From: an uncultured Nitrospiraceae bacterium
Lineage (GTDB): Bacteria; Nitrospirota; Nitrospiria; Nitrospirales; Nitrospiraceae
Reading direction: 5' to 3'
Length of the DNA: 64,000 nt
Assembly: GCA_963730935.1 (NCBI GenBank)
Contig: CAVSTP010000004.1
Location: forward strand, 480,001-544,000
Positions 1 to 12,681 of this stretch are shown here, piece by piece. Numbering within the stretch: position 1 is the stretch's first letter; the number at the start of each line of letters is the position of its first letter. Position numbers and translations under genes: made by a program. Below the pieces are notes generated by a model that saw only the letters and a list, made by a program, of their open reading frames with translations, was not told the DNA's origin and ran no database searches.

Positions 1-954
1 GAGGACCTCTGTCACACGGGCGCCCACAAGATCAACAACGCCATTGGACAGGGTCTCCTGGCCAGACGCATGCGCAAGCCCCGCATCATCGCCGAAACCG
101 GCGCCGGCCAACACGGCGTCGCGACAGCCACCGTCGCCGCCATGTTCGGATTGCAATGTGAAATCTATATGGGCACCGAGGACATGCAACGCCAGGCATT
201 GAACGTGTTTCGCATGCGGCTTCTCGGGGCCACGGTCACCGGCGTGGACGCCGGCAGCCGGACGCTCAAGGACGCGATCAGCGAGGCGATGCGCGACTGG
301 ACTACGAACATCGGGACGACTCATTACATTCTCGGATCCGTGCTTGGTGCGCATCCATATCCCATGATGATTCGGGATTTTCAATCGATCATCGGGAAGG
401 AATCCCGCAAACAAATCCTCGCGGCTGAGGGGCGGTTGCCGGATTGCCTCATCGCCTGTGTCGGCGGCGGCAGCAACGCCATGGGACTGTTTCATGCCTT
501 CTTGAGCGACAAGAAGGTCAAGATGGTCGGCGTCGAGGCCGGAGGACGTGGCGTGGGCAGCGGCAAGCATGCAGCCAGGTTTTCAGGCGGGTCGCCGGGC
601 GTATTGCAAGGGACCATGACGTATCTGCTGCAGAACGAGGACGGCCAGATCAACCTGACGCACTCGGTATCCGCCGGTCTGGACTATGCCGCCGTCGGCC
701 CCGAACACAGCTACCTCCGCGAGATCGGGAGGACCACCTACACGTCGGCGACCGACGAAGAGGCACTGGCGGCATTCGATCTCCTCGCGAGGGAAGAAGG
801 CATCGTGCCGGCGCTCGAAAGCGCCCACGCCATTGCCCATGTGGTCAAAATGGCGCCGACGATGAAGCGGCAGCAAGTCCTCTTGGTCAATCTCTCGGGT
901 CGGGGAGACAAAGACGTCCAGCAGGTGGCTCGCATGAGGGGAATCAGCTTGTAA
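1..954 (+). CDS. trpB: Tryptophan synthase beta chain (5' truncated by window)
   Basis: [16 protein letters not shown]-lysine motif at window start; [14 protein letters not shown] and NLSGRGDKD motifs. Confidence 0.98.
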   Translation, partial: EDLCHTGAHKINNAIGQGLLARRMRKPRIIAETGAGQHGVATATVAAMFGLQCEIYMGTEDMQRQALNVFRMRLLGATVTGVDAGSRTLKDAISEAMRDWTTNIGTTHYILGSVLGAHPYPMMIRDFQSIIGKESRKQILAAEGRLPDCLIACVGGGSNAMGLFHAFLSDKKVKMVGVEAGGRGVGSGKHAARFSGGSPGVLQGTMTYLLQNEDGQINLTHSVSAGLDYAAVGPEHSYLREIGRTTYTSATDEEALAAFDLLAREEGIVPALESAHAIAHVVKMAPTMKRQQVLLVNLSGRGDKDVQQVARMRGISL

Positions 955-968
955 GCGACGGGTGCCGG

Positions 969-1865
969 GTGAAGCATCGCAGGGGACAGACACAAAGCCG
1001 TGCACAGCTCTCCGTCGGCAACTCCTCACGGATCGCCGAGGATCCGTCCACAAGCCGCAGCCGGCTCGACAGGACGTTCCGCCGGCTCGGGTCCCGCAAG
1101 GAGAAAGCGCTCATTACGTATCTCATGGCGGGCGATCCAAGCTTGGCGGAAACCGAGCAACTTGTCTTGGAGTTGGAAAAGGCCGGGGCCGATATCATTG
1201 AGTTGGGCGTGCCGTTTTCCGATCCGATCGCCGACGGCCCGATCATTCAGCAGGCGGCCGAACGCGCGCTTCGAAGCGGCACGACGCTGCGCGGCATCCT
1301 TTCGATGGTTGGTCGCGTACGAACCCAGTCCGACATTCCCCTTGTCCTGATGGCCTATTACAACAGCATTCATGCCTTCGGGCCTGACCGGTTCTGCCGG
1401 GAGGCCGTGGCGGCCGGCGTGGACGGTCTGATCGTTCCCGATATGCCGCCTGACGAAGCCGGGCCGCTGAAGGGGCCCGCGGCGTCCTCCGGACTTCAGT
1501 TGATCTTCCTGCTTGCTCCCACCAGCACGGCCGAGCGTCGGGCATTCGTGGCCCGACAGTCACACGGGTTCGTCTACTACGTCTCGTTGACCGGCATCAC
1601 AGGAGCGAAGCTAGGAAGGGTCTCTGAAATCGGTCGGAACGTTGAGCAGATCCGGAAAATCTCGGAGACCCCGATCGCGGTGGGATTCGGGGTCACCACG
1701 CCAGAAGATGCGGCTGAAGTCTCGGCCCTCGCCGATGGCGTCATCGTCGGAAGCGCGATTGTCAAACAAATTGCCGCCGGTCAGCAGCAGCAAGGCATGG
1801 TCGCACGCGTGTCGGGATTCGTGCAGACCTTGAAGGGCGCCATGGCGGCGCGTCCGGGTCCATAA
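969..1865 (+). CDS. trpA: Tryptophan synthase alpha chain (start uncertain; GTG 969 chosen)
   Basis: IELGVPFSDPIADGP, YVSLTGITG, VGFG and DGVIVGSA motifs; follows trpB. Confidence 0.95.
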   Translation: MKHRRGQTQSRAQLSVGNSSRIAEDPSTSRSRLDRTFRRLGSRKEKALITYLMAGDPSLAETEQLVLELEKAGADIIELGVPFSDPIADGPIIQQAAERALRSGTTLRGILSMVGRVRTQSDIPLVLMAYYNSIHAFGPDRFCREAVAAGVDGLIVPDMPPDEAGPLKGPAASSGLQLIFLLAPTSTAERRAFVARQSHGFVYYVSLTGITGAKLGRVSEIGRNVEQIRKISETPIAVGFGVTTPEDAAEVSALADGVIVGSAIVKQIAAGQQQQGMVARVSGFVQTLKGAMAARPGP

Positions 1866-1877
1866 GAGTTGGAGTCC

Positions 1878-2519
1878 CTATTTCTTCGCGAGTCCTTGTG
1901 ACACCGATGCGCGGTCCTGATATTGGGGAGGCATGTAGGCGATCATCTCTTTGGCGAGGTCGTTGGCCACATCCTTCAGATTCGGACGGTAGAACATATA
2001 GCTGCTCGACTTTTCGTGGCGCGCTTTCCAAACCGTCGTGCCAGTCGTGGCATCGACGAGCCGCAAACTGAGTCCGACCCGCCCCACGTTGTCGCCTTCC
2101 TTGCGGACATACTCCCACGAGTTGACCCGAACGACCAGGAAGGAATCCACGTTCAACGCTTTTCCCAGCTTGATGGCGGACTCCTTGTCCGATTGTCCCG
2201 TCATTTCCAGGCGGGAGAAATAGAAGACCAAGGAATCGAACGCCTCCTTGGAGGCCTGGAACATATCGGTGACGCTTTCAGGCGTTACCACGCGCTCGAT
2301 CTTCGCCGTCTTCGCGAGGGCTCCTGAGAGGACGTCTTGAATGTCTTCGCGCGCGCTGTCGTATTGGCTGGCCATCGGAGGCAACACGGCGATGGCCTGC
2401 GGCCGAAACTGCTTGGCCCCTGGTCCTTCCCAGACTTCCTGCAAGCCGCCGCAGCCTGCGACCAGAAGGGGAATGCAGAAGAGAAAGGTACGAAGCCTAT
2501 GCGCGGAATGAATGAACAT
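1878..2519 (-). CDS. Lipoprotein, possibly DUF799/GNA1162-like
   Basis: Lipobox LVAGC; IAVLPP and LVDATTGTTVW motifs. Confidence 0.6.
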   Translation of the reverse strand: MFIHSAHRLRTFLFCIPLLVAGCGGLQEVWEGPGAKQFRPQAIAVLPPMASQYDSAREDIQDVLSGALAKTAKIERVVTPESVTDMFQASKEAFDSLVFYFSRLEMTGQSDKESAIKLGKALNVDSFLVVRVNSWEYVRKEGDNVGRVGLSLRLVDATTGTTVWKARHEKSSSYMFYRPNLKDVANDLAKEMIAYMPPQYQDRASVSQGLAKK

Positions 2520-2553
2520 GAAATCAGTATACCATTAGTGGTTGACGATAGGG

Positions 2554-3690
2554 CTAGAAGGTCAACGATACTGAACCGGACGCAAGCGCCCCCTTCTCGC
2601 GGAAATCATACCCGCCGCCCAAGTCGAGACGAAAAGCGAAAATTCTGATACCGAGTCCCGCTGTGGGAGTGAACGGCGTGCCGGGATCCTGCATGTTCTT
2701 GAAGGCGCCGACACGGAACGACAGAAATTCAGTCAGAATCGTCTGTTCGGCCCCCAAGCTCAGGAGCTGGCTCTTCACCCCCGGCACCACCGTCTTGTTC
2801 GATGTCACGTCGACGTCGGCCGACAGCGTCAGTGAGGAATAGGGATTAAGCGCCATGCCTCCACGTACCTGAGGCCCGAACTTAATCTTGCTGCCATCCG
2901 GCGAGTCGAATTCCGGTTGATTGAGGTCCTTGGCGACCACGCCGAACCGCAACCATGACGAGGGCCGATAGATGGCGCCGACGTCGATGCCGTACGTGGT
3001 CGAGATCGTCGCTTTTCCCAAGCTATCGGACAACTTGATGTCCTGTCCGCCCTGGAGATTCTGGGTACCGTTGTATGCCGCGCCTTGAAGAATCTTGGCA
3101 GTGAATCCGATCGAGAATGTCTTGTCGGCAAAGGCGTAGGCGTAAGAGAACGCGGCCTGCCGCACGTCCAGCGCCGGAACCGTCATCGCGCCGGTGAGGT
3201 TAACCGTAGTGCCGTTCACCGTCACTGTTACCGGAGTGCTGACGAATCCACCGCCGGTCGGTATGTCGGAAATATTGAAGCCAAACGCATGCTCGCCGAA
3301 ATGACCCTTGATATAGAGTCCGGCCGCGCCGTTGAACGAGGTATTGGCTCCAGGCTGATTGATGCGATTCGCGATGTCCTGTGCTTTGGCAATATTGGCA
3401 GACGACGTGTCGTTGGGATTAAAATTTTCAAGGTCATTGATAGCATCGGCGATGCCCAGGCGGTCGATCGCCTGGCCTCCACCGACGAGCCGGATATCGA
3501 CGGTTTGCGTCATGGCCAGGCCGGCCGGATTCCAATAAGTCGCGAGTGCATCAGTGGTCACGGCGACGCCGGCGCCGCCCATGCCCATCGCGCGGGGACC
3601 CACGATGACGAATTCCGCCGCGAACGCGTGCTTGCCCAGTGCCAGGAACACCAGCGTGATGGCGGCTCGGGAGATCGAATTCATCCGCAT
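2554..3690 (-). CDS. Outer-membrane beta-barrel, TraF_2/FadL-like
   Basis: Signal peptide; GPRAMGMGGAGVA...YWNPAGLA N-terminus; C-terminal Phe. Confidence 0.7.
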   Translation of the reverse strand: MRMNSISRAAITLVFLALGKHAFAAEFVIVGPRAMGMGGAGVAVTTDALATYWNPAGLAMTQTVDIRLVGGGQAIDRLGIADAINDLENFNPNDTSSANIAKAQDIANRINQPGANTSFNGAAGLYIKGHFGEHAFGFNISDIPTGGGFVSTPVTVTVNGTTVNLTGAMTVPALDVRQAAFSYAYAFADKTFSIGFTAKILQGAAYNGTQNLQGGQDIKLSDSLGKATISTTYGIDVGAIYRPSSWLRFGVVAKDLNQPEFDSPDGSKIKFGPQVRGGMALNPYSSLTLSADVDVTSNKTVVPGVKSQLLSLGAEQTILTEFLSFRVGAFKNMQDPGTPFTPTAGLGIRIFAFRLDLGGGYDFREKGALASGSVSLTF

Positions 3691-3846
3691 GACTCGGCGC
3701 CCTCCGGACGAACGCCTTGCTGAGTCTATTGGATGACCCCGCGCCCGTCAAGGATTTGAGGACTGTCGGCTTTCTGAACGGCGACTGCCCCCGTCCATGT
3801 AAGGAAAAGGGATGGCCATTGAGCAAGTCGGAGCCAGTCCCGCGGA

Positions 3847-4509
3847 TTAGATGATCTGACCGTCCTGCATGTGCACGATACGGTCAGCTTGTGAGGAGAG
3901 CTTGTCATTGTGAGTCACGATCACGAACGTGGTGCCGCGACCCTTGTTCAATTCACGCAGGAGGGAGAACAGGGCCTCGCCAGTATGAGTATCCAAGTTC
4001 CCGGTCGGCTCATCCGCAAGGACCAGATCGGGTTTTTGCAGAAGCGCCCGCGCCACCGCGACCCGCTGTTGCTCGCCTCCGGACAATTCGCCCGGCTTGT
4101 GATGCAGCCGTGCGCCGAGTCCGACATCGTTCAACAGGGCAGTGGCCTCGGCCTTCACCTCATCCGGCTGCCGCCGCTGGATCAAGGCTGGCATGCAGGC
4201 ATTCTCGAGCGCCGTAAACTCCGGAAGCAGGTGATGAAACTGAAAGACGAAACCGATGCGTTTATTCCGAAATTCGGCCTGGGAGGCCTCGGAGAGTTGA
4301 AAGAGATCCTGTCCCTCAAAGTACACGGTGCCGCTGGTCGGCCGGTCGAGCAATCCCAGGATATGCAGCATGGTGCTTTTCCCGGCTCCGGACGCGCCGA
4401 CGACGGCGATCAGCTCGCCTCGGGCAATGGTGAGATCGATGCCCTTCAGCACCGGCAGGGTGTGCTCGCCCATGGGGAATGACTTATGAAGCTTGGTGAC
4501 GGTAATCAT
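3847..4509 (-). CDS. lolD: Lipoprotein-releasing ABC transporter ATPase
   Basis: [34 protein letters not shown]. Confidence 0.92.
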   Translation of the reverse strand: MITVTKLHKSFPMGEHTLPVLKGIDLTIARGELIAVVGASGAGKSTMLHILGLLDRPTSGTVYFEGQDLFQLSEASQAEFRNKRIGFVFQFHHLLPEFTALENACMPALIQRRQPDEVKAEATALLNDVGLGARLHHKPGELSGGEQQRVAVARALLQKPDLVLADEPTGNLDTHTGEALFSLLRELNKGRGTTFVIVTHNDKLSSQADRIVHMQDGQII

Positions 4510-4545
4510 GCGTCGGTGCGATGGGGTGGACGGCTGAGATTCCGG

Positions 4546-5823
4546 CTATTCATAGCGCAGCGCGGCCACCGGCTCGAGCCTTGCCGCCTGAAGCGAGGGG
4601 TAGACGGTCGCCGCAAAGCTGATGAGGATGGCCGACCCGGCCACCAACAGCACGTCTTCGGCCAGCACATGCACCGGAATCTTGGAAATGTAATACACCG
4701 TTGGATCGAAGGTCCAAAATGTTTCAATCAGCCACAGAAAGGCATAGCCCAGCGGGATCCCGATGGCCGTGCCCGACAAGCCAATGATCAGCCCGTTGAG
4801 CATGAAGATCCGGCGGATACTTCGTCTGGTCGCACCCATGGCCTTCAGGATGGCGATCTCCTTTTGCTTTTCGGTCACGATCATCGTAAGGGTGCTCACG
4901 ATATTGAAGGACGCGACGATCGTAATCAGCACCAGCAGCAAGAACATCATCGTTTTCTCGAGCTTCAGCGCGGAGAAGAGATTGCGGTTCATCTGCATCC
5001 AGTCCCTGGCGCCGTACGAAAACCCTAACGCCTGCTCAACGTGACGGGCAATCTCGCCGGCGCGGAACACGTCCGTGACCTTGATCTCGATGCCGGTGAC
5101 GCTGTTGCCCATGCCGAAAAACTTCTGGGCTTCGGCAAGGTCGATATAGGCAAGGGACGAATCGTATTCGTACATCCCGGACTGAAAAATGCCCGCGACC
5201 GCAAACGTCCTGATTTTCGGGACCATGCCCATGGCACTGATCGTGCCGGTCGGGGAAACGACGCTGATCGTATCGCCGGGAAACGCGCCGAGACGCAGCG
5301 CCAGCTCCTTGCCGAGAATGATGCCGGGTTTTTCGGATAACTGCAGCGGACCGGAGGGATCGTCGACCGGTGGCAGTTTGACCGGAATCGGCTTTCCCAA
5401 ATCCTCAAGATTTCCAGATGCCAAGTTCTTCGCGAGCGCCGTCACCTTGCCTTCCCGCAGAGGATCGACGCCGCGGAGCACGACCCCTTGGGCGCTGTTT
5501 GGTGTGGTCAACATCACCTGCTTCAGGATGAACGGCGTCGCCGCAACCACACTGGGGACCGTCTCGACCTGTCGGGCGGTCGCATCATAGTCGGTCATGC
5601 CGTCTTTCATGCGGTCCTGCACGATGATGTGTGCAGTGGTTCCTAAAATCTTGGCCTGTATGTCCTCCTTGAAGCCGGTCATGATGCCGACCGTGCCGAT
5701 CAAGGCCGCGACGCCCAAGGTGATACCGGTGACGGAGACGACGGTGTTCAGAGAGATCGTCCGGTTGCGACGCTTGGCGCGCAGGTACCGAAGGCCGACC
5801 ACAATTTCATACGGGAGTGCCAA
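4546..5823 (-). CDS. lolE: Lipoprotein-releasing ABC transporter permease LolC/E
   Basis: FtsX/MacB-type permease, EIAILKAMGA; adjacent to lolD; TTG start inferred. Confidence 0.88.
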   Translation of the reverse strand: MALPYEIVVGLRYLRAKRRNRTISLNTVVSVTGITLGVAALIGTVGIMTGFKEDIQAKILGTTAHIIVQDRMKDGMTDYDATARQVETVPSVVAATPFILKQVMLTTPNSAQGVVLRGVDPLREGKVTALAKNLASGNLEDLGKPIPVKLPPVDDPSGPLQLSEKPGIILGKELALRLGAFPGDTISVVSPTGTISAMGMVPKIRTFAVAGIFQSGMYEYDSSLAYIDLAEAQKFFGMGNSVTGIEIKVTDVFRAGEIARHVEQALGFSYGARDWMQMNRNLFSALKLEKTMMFLLLVLITIVASFNIVSTLTMIVTEKQKEIAILKAMGATRRSIRRIFMLNGLIIGLSGTAIGIPLGYAFLWLIETFWTFDPTVYYISKIPVHVLAEDVLLVAGSAILISFAATVYPSLQAARLEPVAALRYE

Positions 5824-5827
5824 GCTG

Positions 5828-7309
5828 CTATTTCTCCGGACGCAATTGCGGGAAGAGGACGACATCGCGGATGGACGCCTGGTTCGTAAAGAGCATGATC
5901 AACCGGTCGATGCCGATGCCTTCTCCAGCTGTCGGCGGCATGCCGTATTCGAGGGCCCGGAGGAAGTCTTCATCGACCACGTGGGCTTCTTCGTTTCCGG
6001 CCTCGCGCTGCGCCGCCTGGCCCTCGAACCGCTCGCGCTGATCGAGCGGGTCATTCAACTCTGAAAAGGCATTAGCGATTTCCCGCCCAGCGATATAGAG
6101 CTCGAACCGATCGGTCAGCGCGGGATCGGCGTCTTTGCGCCTGGCCAGCGGCGAAATCTCAATCGGATAGTCCGTGATGAATGTCGGCTGCTCGAGTCGG
6201 GGCTCGACGGTTTCTTCGAAAATTTCATTCACGATGTTGAAGAGCGGCCACTTGGGATCGACAGGGACGTTCAGCTGTTTTGCCGCAGCGAGGGCCTGCT
6301 CCCGGTCCGTCAGGACCGTAGGCACCAGGCTGTTCACCTCCAGGATGGCCTGATGGTACGACCAGCGCCGCCACGACGGAGCAAGATTGATCGTTTTGCC
6401 CTGGTACTCAATGACGGTCGTGCCCAGCAGCTGCTGGGCCAATGAAGAAATCAGCTCTTCGGTCAGCCGGATCAGGTCCTGGTAGTCCGCGTAGGAGACA
6501 TAGAACTCGAGCATCGTGAATTCCGGATTGTGGATCGTGGAGATGCCTTCGTTCCTGAAGTTCCGGTTGATTTCGAAGACGCGGGGAAATCCGCCCACGA
6601 TCAGCCGCTTCAAATACAATTCGGGCGCGATACGGAGATACAGATCCACTCCGAGTGCGTTGTGATGCGTGACGAACGGCTTTGCGGCGGCGCCGCCCGG
6701 AATCGGGTGCATCATCGGCGTTTCAACTTCGAGGAAACCCCGCTCAATCAAGAACGCCCGGATACCGGTGATAATGCGGCTTCGCATCGCGAAAATGCCG
6801 TGCACGTCCGGATTGGCAATCAGATCCACGTACCGCTGGCGGTAGCGAGTCTCGACGTCGGTGAGCCCGTGCCATTTCTCGGGAAGGGGACGCAGGGCCT
6901 TGCTCAGGAAGGTCAACTCGTGCACCTCGATCGTGAACTCGTTGGTCTTGGTTCGAAACAAGGTGCCCGTCACACCGATCCAGTCTCCGAGATCGAGCTG
7001 TTCGGTCACGGTGTATGCCTGCGGGGAGAGCAAGTCCTTCTTCAAGTAGGTCTGCAGGCGTTCTGAGCCGTCCTGCAGCACGGCAAACGCCGCCTTGCCG
7101 AAGCGGCGGAGGGCCACAATACGGCCTGCGACCGTGCAGGAAATGCGCTCCTGCTCGAGTGTCTCCTTCGTCTTCTGGCCGTAGAGCCTGACGAGATCGC
7201 CGGCTCGATCCTTTGCATCGAACCGCGTGCCGTAGGGCGCAACGCCGGCCTCCCGGAGGAGGTCGAGTTTCTTGATCCGCTGCTGCCGCTGTTCGTTCGC
7301 TTCATCCAT
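5828..7309 (-). CDS. lysS: Lysine--tRNA ligase (class II)
   Basis: RYRQRYVDL, LRIAPELYLKRL, FRNEG, HNPEF, GMPPTAGEGIGIDRL. Confidence 0.98.
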   Translation of the reverse strand: MDEANEQRQQRIKKLDLLREAGVAPYGTRFDAKDRAGDLVRLYGQKTKETLEQERISCTVAGRIVALRRFGKAAFAVLQDGSERLQTYLKKDLLSPQAYTVTEQLDLGDWIGVTGTLFRTKTNEFTIEVHELTFLSKALRPLPEKWHGLTDVETRYRQRYVDLIANPDVHGIFAMRSRIITGIRAFLIERGFLEVETPMMHPIPGGAAAKPFVTHHNALGVDLYLRIAPELYLKRLIVGGFPRVFEINRNFRNEGISTIHNPEFTMLEFYVSYADYQDLIRLTEELISSLAQQLLGTTVIEYQGKTINLAPSWRRWSYHQAILEVNSLVPTVLTDREQALAAAKQLNVPVDPKWPLFNIVNEIFEETVEPRLEQPTFITDYPIEISPLARRKDADPALTDRFELYIAGREIANAFSELNDPLDQRERFEGQAAQREAGNEEAHVVDEDFLRALEYGMPPTAGEGIGIDRLIMLFTNQASIRDVVLFPQLRPEK

Positions 7310-7337
7310 ACTGACGCGCCCTCGTCACACCAGGCAC

Positions 7338-8481
<1,144 letters not shown>

Positions 8482-8500
8482 GAACAGGGTCCTTTCGGTG

Positions 8501-10120
8501 TTAGACGGGAGTGGCCGCGACAGCGTCGGGTTCAGCCCCTTTGGTGCCAAAAATGCCGTACAGGCAGAACAGCAGGGAGATTAACATACAGCCGTAGGCA
8601 AAGACATCTCCGTGCCGGCTGTAAAAGGTCTTCGTCTGGCGAACCGGAATCTCAGCCTGCAAGGCTGTCTCTGTAAAGATGGGAGACGCCGCGATGATGC
8701 GTCCAAACGGATCGATGAAGCCTGAAATACCGGTGTTTGCGGCACGGGCGAACGCAAGGTGATTTTCCACCGAGCGGAAAACCACCATGGAAAAATGCTG
8801 GGCTGGTGCGGACGAATCTCCGAACCACGCGTCGTTGGTGATGGTGACGAGAAACTCGGCACCGCTGTGGGCAATACGCCGCACCAGATCGGGAAAGATG
8901 ACCTCATAACAGATGACGATGCCGAATTTTACCCGCCGGGCCGGAGCGGCGCCGTCGGACTGCTTCAGTTGAAACGAGAGGATGGTAGGGCCTGGGCCGG
9001 CCTGGAAATCGCCGATGCCTTCGACCATCTTGTCCAGGAAGAACAGCAGCGAAGATTTGAGCGGAATGTATTCGCCGAACGGCACGAGATGCTGCTTATC
9101 GTATCGGCCGAGCAGTTGGCCGTCCGGAGACAGGAGATACGCGCTATTGAGCAGAAACGGCTTGCGGTCGGCGTCGAACCGCACGGCCGGACTGCCGAAC
9201 AGGAGCGGGGCTGAAGCGCGATTCGCCAGTGCGACCAGCTGTAATTGATAGACCGGTTCGCGTTCATAGATGAACGGCGTGGCGGCTTCCGGCCACACGA
9301 TAAGATCGACACCGTATCCGAATGATTCCGTCAGGCGGTCGTAACGGCGGAACGTTTCTTCTCGAAAGGCCTGATCCCACTTGATCGCTTGGTCGATGTT
9401 CGGTTGCACGACGCCGACCTGCAGGGTGGCTTTGGGGCCTTCCATTCCCTCGCTGGCGATCAGCGATGTGCTGTACGCCCAGGACAGGCCCATCAGCATG
9501 GCGGCTGTCGTCACTAGTTCCCAGGGCAGGCGGGCGGGCCTGAATCCACGAAAGAGCGGCATGAGCCAGAGATACAACTCGGCCAAGGCCACGTTCGTCA
9601 GCACGATGAGAAAAGACACGCCGTACACGCCCAAGTGATCCGCGACTTGGATTACATCGAGCTGGCGGTATTGCGAATAACCGAGAAGCGACCAGGGGAG
9701 TCCGCTCAAGACGTACGTCCGGAGCAACTCCAGAGTGACCCAGAGACAAGGGGCCGCGAACAGCCCATATCGCGGCATGAGCATCCGGAACCAGACGACA
9801 CCTGCGCTATATATGCCGACATACAGCCCGAGGTACGCGGTGAGCAGCAGCATGATGCCGTAGCTGAAGACCAACGGTACTTTGCCGTAGGTATGCATGG
9901 CCGTAACGACCCACGACATGATGCCGGTCGAGCAGATGATTCCCGCCAGCCAGCCGAGCCAGAACGCTTGCCTGCGTCGGCTGAGCCCGTCGAGGGCGAT
10001 GTGAAGAGGAATCAGCGCGACCCAGGCAAGGAGACCCAGGTCATATTTGGGAAAGCAGTAGGGAAGAAGAATGCCCGTCGTTGCGGCGAGAAGGATCAGG
10101 CGGACGGGCCACTGACTCAT
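8501..10120 (-). CDS. lnt: Apolipoprotein N-acyltransferase
   Basis: [34 protein letters not shown]. Confidence 0.96.
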   Translation of the reverse strand: MSQWPVRLILLAATTGILLPYCFPKYDLGLLAWVALIPLHIALDGLSRRRQAFWLGWLAGIICSTGIMSWVVTAMHTYGKVPLVFSYGIMLLLTAYLGLYVGIYSAGVVWFRMLMPRYGLFAAPCLWVTLELLRTYVLSGLPWSLLGYSQYRQLDVIQVADHLGVYGVSFLIVLTNVALAELYLWLMPLFRGFRPARLPWELVTTAAMLMGLSWAYSTSLIASEGMEGPKATLQVGVVQPNIDQAIKWDQAFREETFRRYDRLTESFGYGVDLIVWPEAATPFIYEREPVYQLQLVALANRASAPLLFGSPAVRFDADRKPFLLNSAYLLSPDGQLLGRYDKQHLVPFGEYIPLKSSLLFFLDKMVEGIGDFQAGPGPTILSFQLKQSDGAAPARRVKFGIVICYEVIFPDLVRRIAHSGAEFLVTITNDAWFGDSSAPAQHFSMVVFRSVENHLAFARAANTGISGFIDPFGRIIAASPIFTETALQAEIPVRQTKTFYSRHGDVFAYGCMLISLLFCLYGIFGTKGAEPDAVAATPV

Positions 10121-10170
10121 CGCGCTAACTTAGCGGAAGGTGAAGGTTGTTGCAACTCAACCCGACCGCG

Positions 10171-10512
10171 TCAAGGCGTTATGAGCGAGCTCAGCTCCTG
10201 TTGTCGATGGATCTTCACATCATCCAGTTCACCGACGGTACCGCAATCGGCTTCGTTTAGTTCCACCCCGAAATGCGCTTCGTCGGCCCAGCGAACCGTC
10301 GCCTTCTTGATGATGAGCGCATGCTTGGCGGTCGGAATCAGCAGCATCATGAGCTCCATCCCAACAGTGACCAGGTGCGTGCCCCGCAAGCAGCCACCTC
10401 GATTCGTCAGATTTTCGATCATGCCGCTGGCATGAAAATCCCCGTTGGAATAATAGACGGGGCAAGAAATGGAGCTTCGGATGTCGCGTCGCTTGTTTGA
10501 ACGAGAGGCCAT
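10171..10512 (-). CDS. PilZ-domain protein
   Basis: RxxxR (RRDIR) and NLTNRG motifs; VRWA...FGVE. Confidence 0.75.
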   Translation of the reverse strand: MASRSNKRRDIRSSISCPVYYSNGDFHASGMIENLTNRGGCLRGTHLVTVGMELMMLLIPTAKHALIIKKATVRWADEAHFGVELNEADCGTVGELDDVKIHRQQELSSLITP

Positions 10513-10525
10513 AATGTAATCGGTT

Positions 10526-10927
10526 CTACTTTCGTGAACGCAGGAATTTCGTCGCGAATGTCAATGCCCGTGGCTCAGGCGCCGCTCCGATCACCAGGGC
10601 CGCAAGCCCTATGCCTATTGCATTGAACGCGACATCATGGATATCGACGGTGCGTCCGGGAACGAATGCCTGAAGAAATTCCATCCAGACGCCGAATACC
10701 ATCGCGGCCATGACACCGAGCCACAATGCCATCTCCTTGGACCAACCTCGGTCCTGCAAGCCGCTCGCGAGCAACCACGTCAACAGTGCATAGGCCGGCG
10801 CATGTGAGTACTCCGTGACGGGCTGAGGCAAGACAGCGAGCATAGAACCACCAATCCCCACGCCGGGCGTCGCCATCGCGCCGAAGGCTAACAGCACCAT
10901 ATAAATCGATGGACCAAACAATCCCAC
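10526..10927 (-). CDS. VanZ-family membrane protein
   Basis: H..AY, EFLQAFVPGR..D..D...N..G. Confidence 0.8.
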   Translation of the reverse strand: MGLFGPSIYMVLLAFGAMATPGVGIGGSMLAVLPQPVTEYSHAPAYALLTWLLASGLQDRGWSKEMALWLGVMAAMVFGVWMEFLQAFVPGRTVDIHDVAFNAIGIGLAALVIGAAPEPRALTFATKFLRSRK

Positions 10928-11352
10928 AACCGCCTCCGCCCCTGATGAGGTGATTCGAAAGGTACAGGAGCACTTGGCGAGAAACTACTGGGCAATGGTA
11001 GGGGAGGGATCAACCCCGTCTCATGGACCGCCAATGATTTTGACCTGCACAGACCGCAAATATTTTTCCATCGTTGGGCGGCGCTGATCGAGAGGGGATG
11101 TTCTGAATATCATAGACTTAGCTCGATCCTGATTTTTCCGTCTCCTCGCTTTCCGGAGCCAGCCGAGTGCGGAATTGGGGCCGCGCTCTCATGCCGCCTC
11201 GATTGCCACCTTTTCGAGGGGCATGCAGAAAAGACATCATGTTGGTGATTTCTCACACCTGAAGGGGTATTCTGCGGTGGAACCGGTTCTCGGGAGTGCA
11301 AGCCTTAATCGGGAGTGCAAACCTTAAGATGAAGATGATTAGGCGAGATCGG

Positions 11353-12012
11353 ATGCGAAACACGATTCAGCTCGTCGTGACGTCGCTCTTCGCAATCTTC
11401 ACCGGCGGCGGCTGTGTCATGCAAAGCACCTATGACGCCACGCTGCAGGAAGGAATGAGGATTAGAGCGGAGCTCGCACAAGCACAAGACGAAAAGAAAG
11501 TGCTCGCCCGTCAAGTGAGCGACATGGAACTGTTGAATGCGGATGTCGTGCGTGAAGCCGAGGCCGCCGCTTCAGCCCTGCTGCAGGCAAAAGACGAAGC
11601 CGAGCAAGAACGACAACAGGCCGAGCAGCGTTTCGCACGATTACAACAGAAATCGGTTCAGGCGTCCAAACAACAACGCGCACTACAGTACGAGTTGACG
11701 GTCGCCAAGGAGAATACTGCGGCGCTGCAAGAACTCGTTGATGTCTTTCAGAGAAAAATGCGTGACGGCGCTGTGGTCGCTGCATCGTCCCCCGTTCCCG
11801 AACCGGCGGTCCGCAAGCCATTCGATCCGTCAACGATTCCCGTCCCAGAGGATCTACCGGCGGCCCCAGCAGTCTCGCCACCAAAACCGCCGCCGCCGGT
11901 ACCAGCGCCAGCCACGAGTCCCGTCAAGACTCCTCAGCCTCCGGCAGACGAAGGCTGGATCTCGAGCATCAAGAACTGGCTCGTGTCTTTATGGCATTCA
12001 GTCTTTTCCTAA
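11353..12012 (+). CDS. Hypothetical lipoprotein with coiled coil and Pro-rich tail
   Basis: Lipobox-like GGGC, Q/E/A-rich heptads, Pro-rich C-terminus; start uncertain. Confidence 0.6.
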   Translation: MRNTIQLVVTSLFAIFTGGGCVMQSTYDATLQEGMRIRAELAQAQDEKKVLARQVSDMELLNADVVREAEAAASALLQAKDEAEQERQQAEQRFARLQQKSVQASKQQRALQYELTVAKENTAALQELVDVFQRKMRDGAVVAASSPVPEPAVRKPFDPSTIPVPEDLPAAPAVSPPKPPPPVPAPATSPVKTPQPPADEGWISSIKNWLVSLWHSVFS

Positions 12013-12306
12013 GACTCTGAAATTTTGAGCATCCGCACGGATCCACACATCACACTCTTGTGCTTTTCCTAGGTCCTTTTCGACAGACCATTGAGTGACC
12101 TGATTCCAATCGCGCAATATCGGCTGAGCAGGCTTATCGAATCGATGGTGCAGACGTTAGAACGCTTGTGGCTGTGGATATTCATGCATATGTAACATTT
12201 GAACACCGCGTCTACAGCGGTGATACGCGATCCGGTTCCCAAATGTGCAGCAATTGACCTTCTAAATCTTGTCTCTACTATTACTTGGGGTCCTATCGGC
12301 TAAACC

Positions 12307-12410
12307 CCTATGCCCAAAAATTAGGCAGTTCGCTCCAGAGATGCCTCAAATCCTGCATCCTCAGCAGCAGGATGATCTTTGTGCACAGACTTATCCACAG
12401 AAAATGGGGA
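12307..12410. promoter_or_regulatory. Composite element: TGCC-N9-GGCA palindrome plus perfect DnaA box TTATCCACA (12391-12399); copy 1
   Basis: Same motifs with identical spacing recur at 43327-43430. Confidence 0.55.
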
Positions 12411-12513
12411 TCGACAATTCGCATGCCTCGGTCAGCGATCAACGAGGCGTCTCAGCGATTTTTTTGTGGAATCAGTTGTCGAGGTTACCGCAGAAGACAA
12501 CAGGCAGCGTGAC

Positions 12514-12675
12514 AAGAAAAGAGTGGGAGGAGGACGCACCTACCGAGAGTGATAGGTACGGTGGAGACCTTGGGAGGACTTTAGGCTTCCCAGTACAAGC
12601 TGGGCATGCACACCATCCTCGGCGCTCGGTCCCCTGTTGGACCACATTCCCTCTGGGCGTTAACTCCTCCCACAG
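12514..12675 (-). ncRNA. ssrS: 6S-like structured RNA
   Basis: Closing stem GTGGGAGGAG/CTCCTCCCAC (12673/12523); rod-like internal pairings; apical GGUGUGCAUGCCCAG...CUGGGAAGCCUAAA resembles the E. coli 6S apical region as recalled; own promoter; U-rich tail. Confidence 0.65.
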
Positions 12676-12681
12676 GAAAAC

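Noticed and set aside
444..968. Long N-terminal extension of TrpA and the many antisense ORFs in the track
   Set aside because: Shadow ORFs of GC-rich coding DNA overlapping well-supported genes.
2554..3690. Conjugation system (TraF-like)
   Set aside because: A lone beta-barrel gene in a housekeeping context with no other tra genes.
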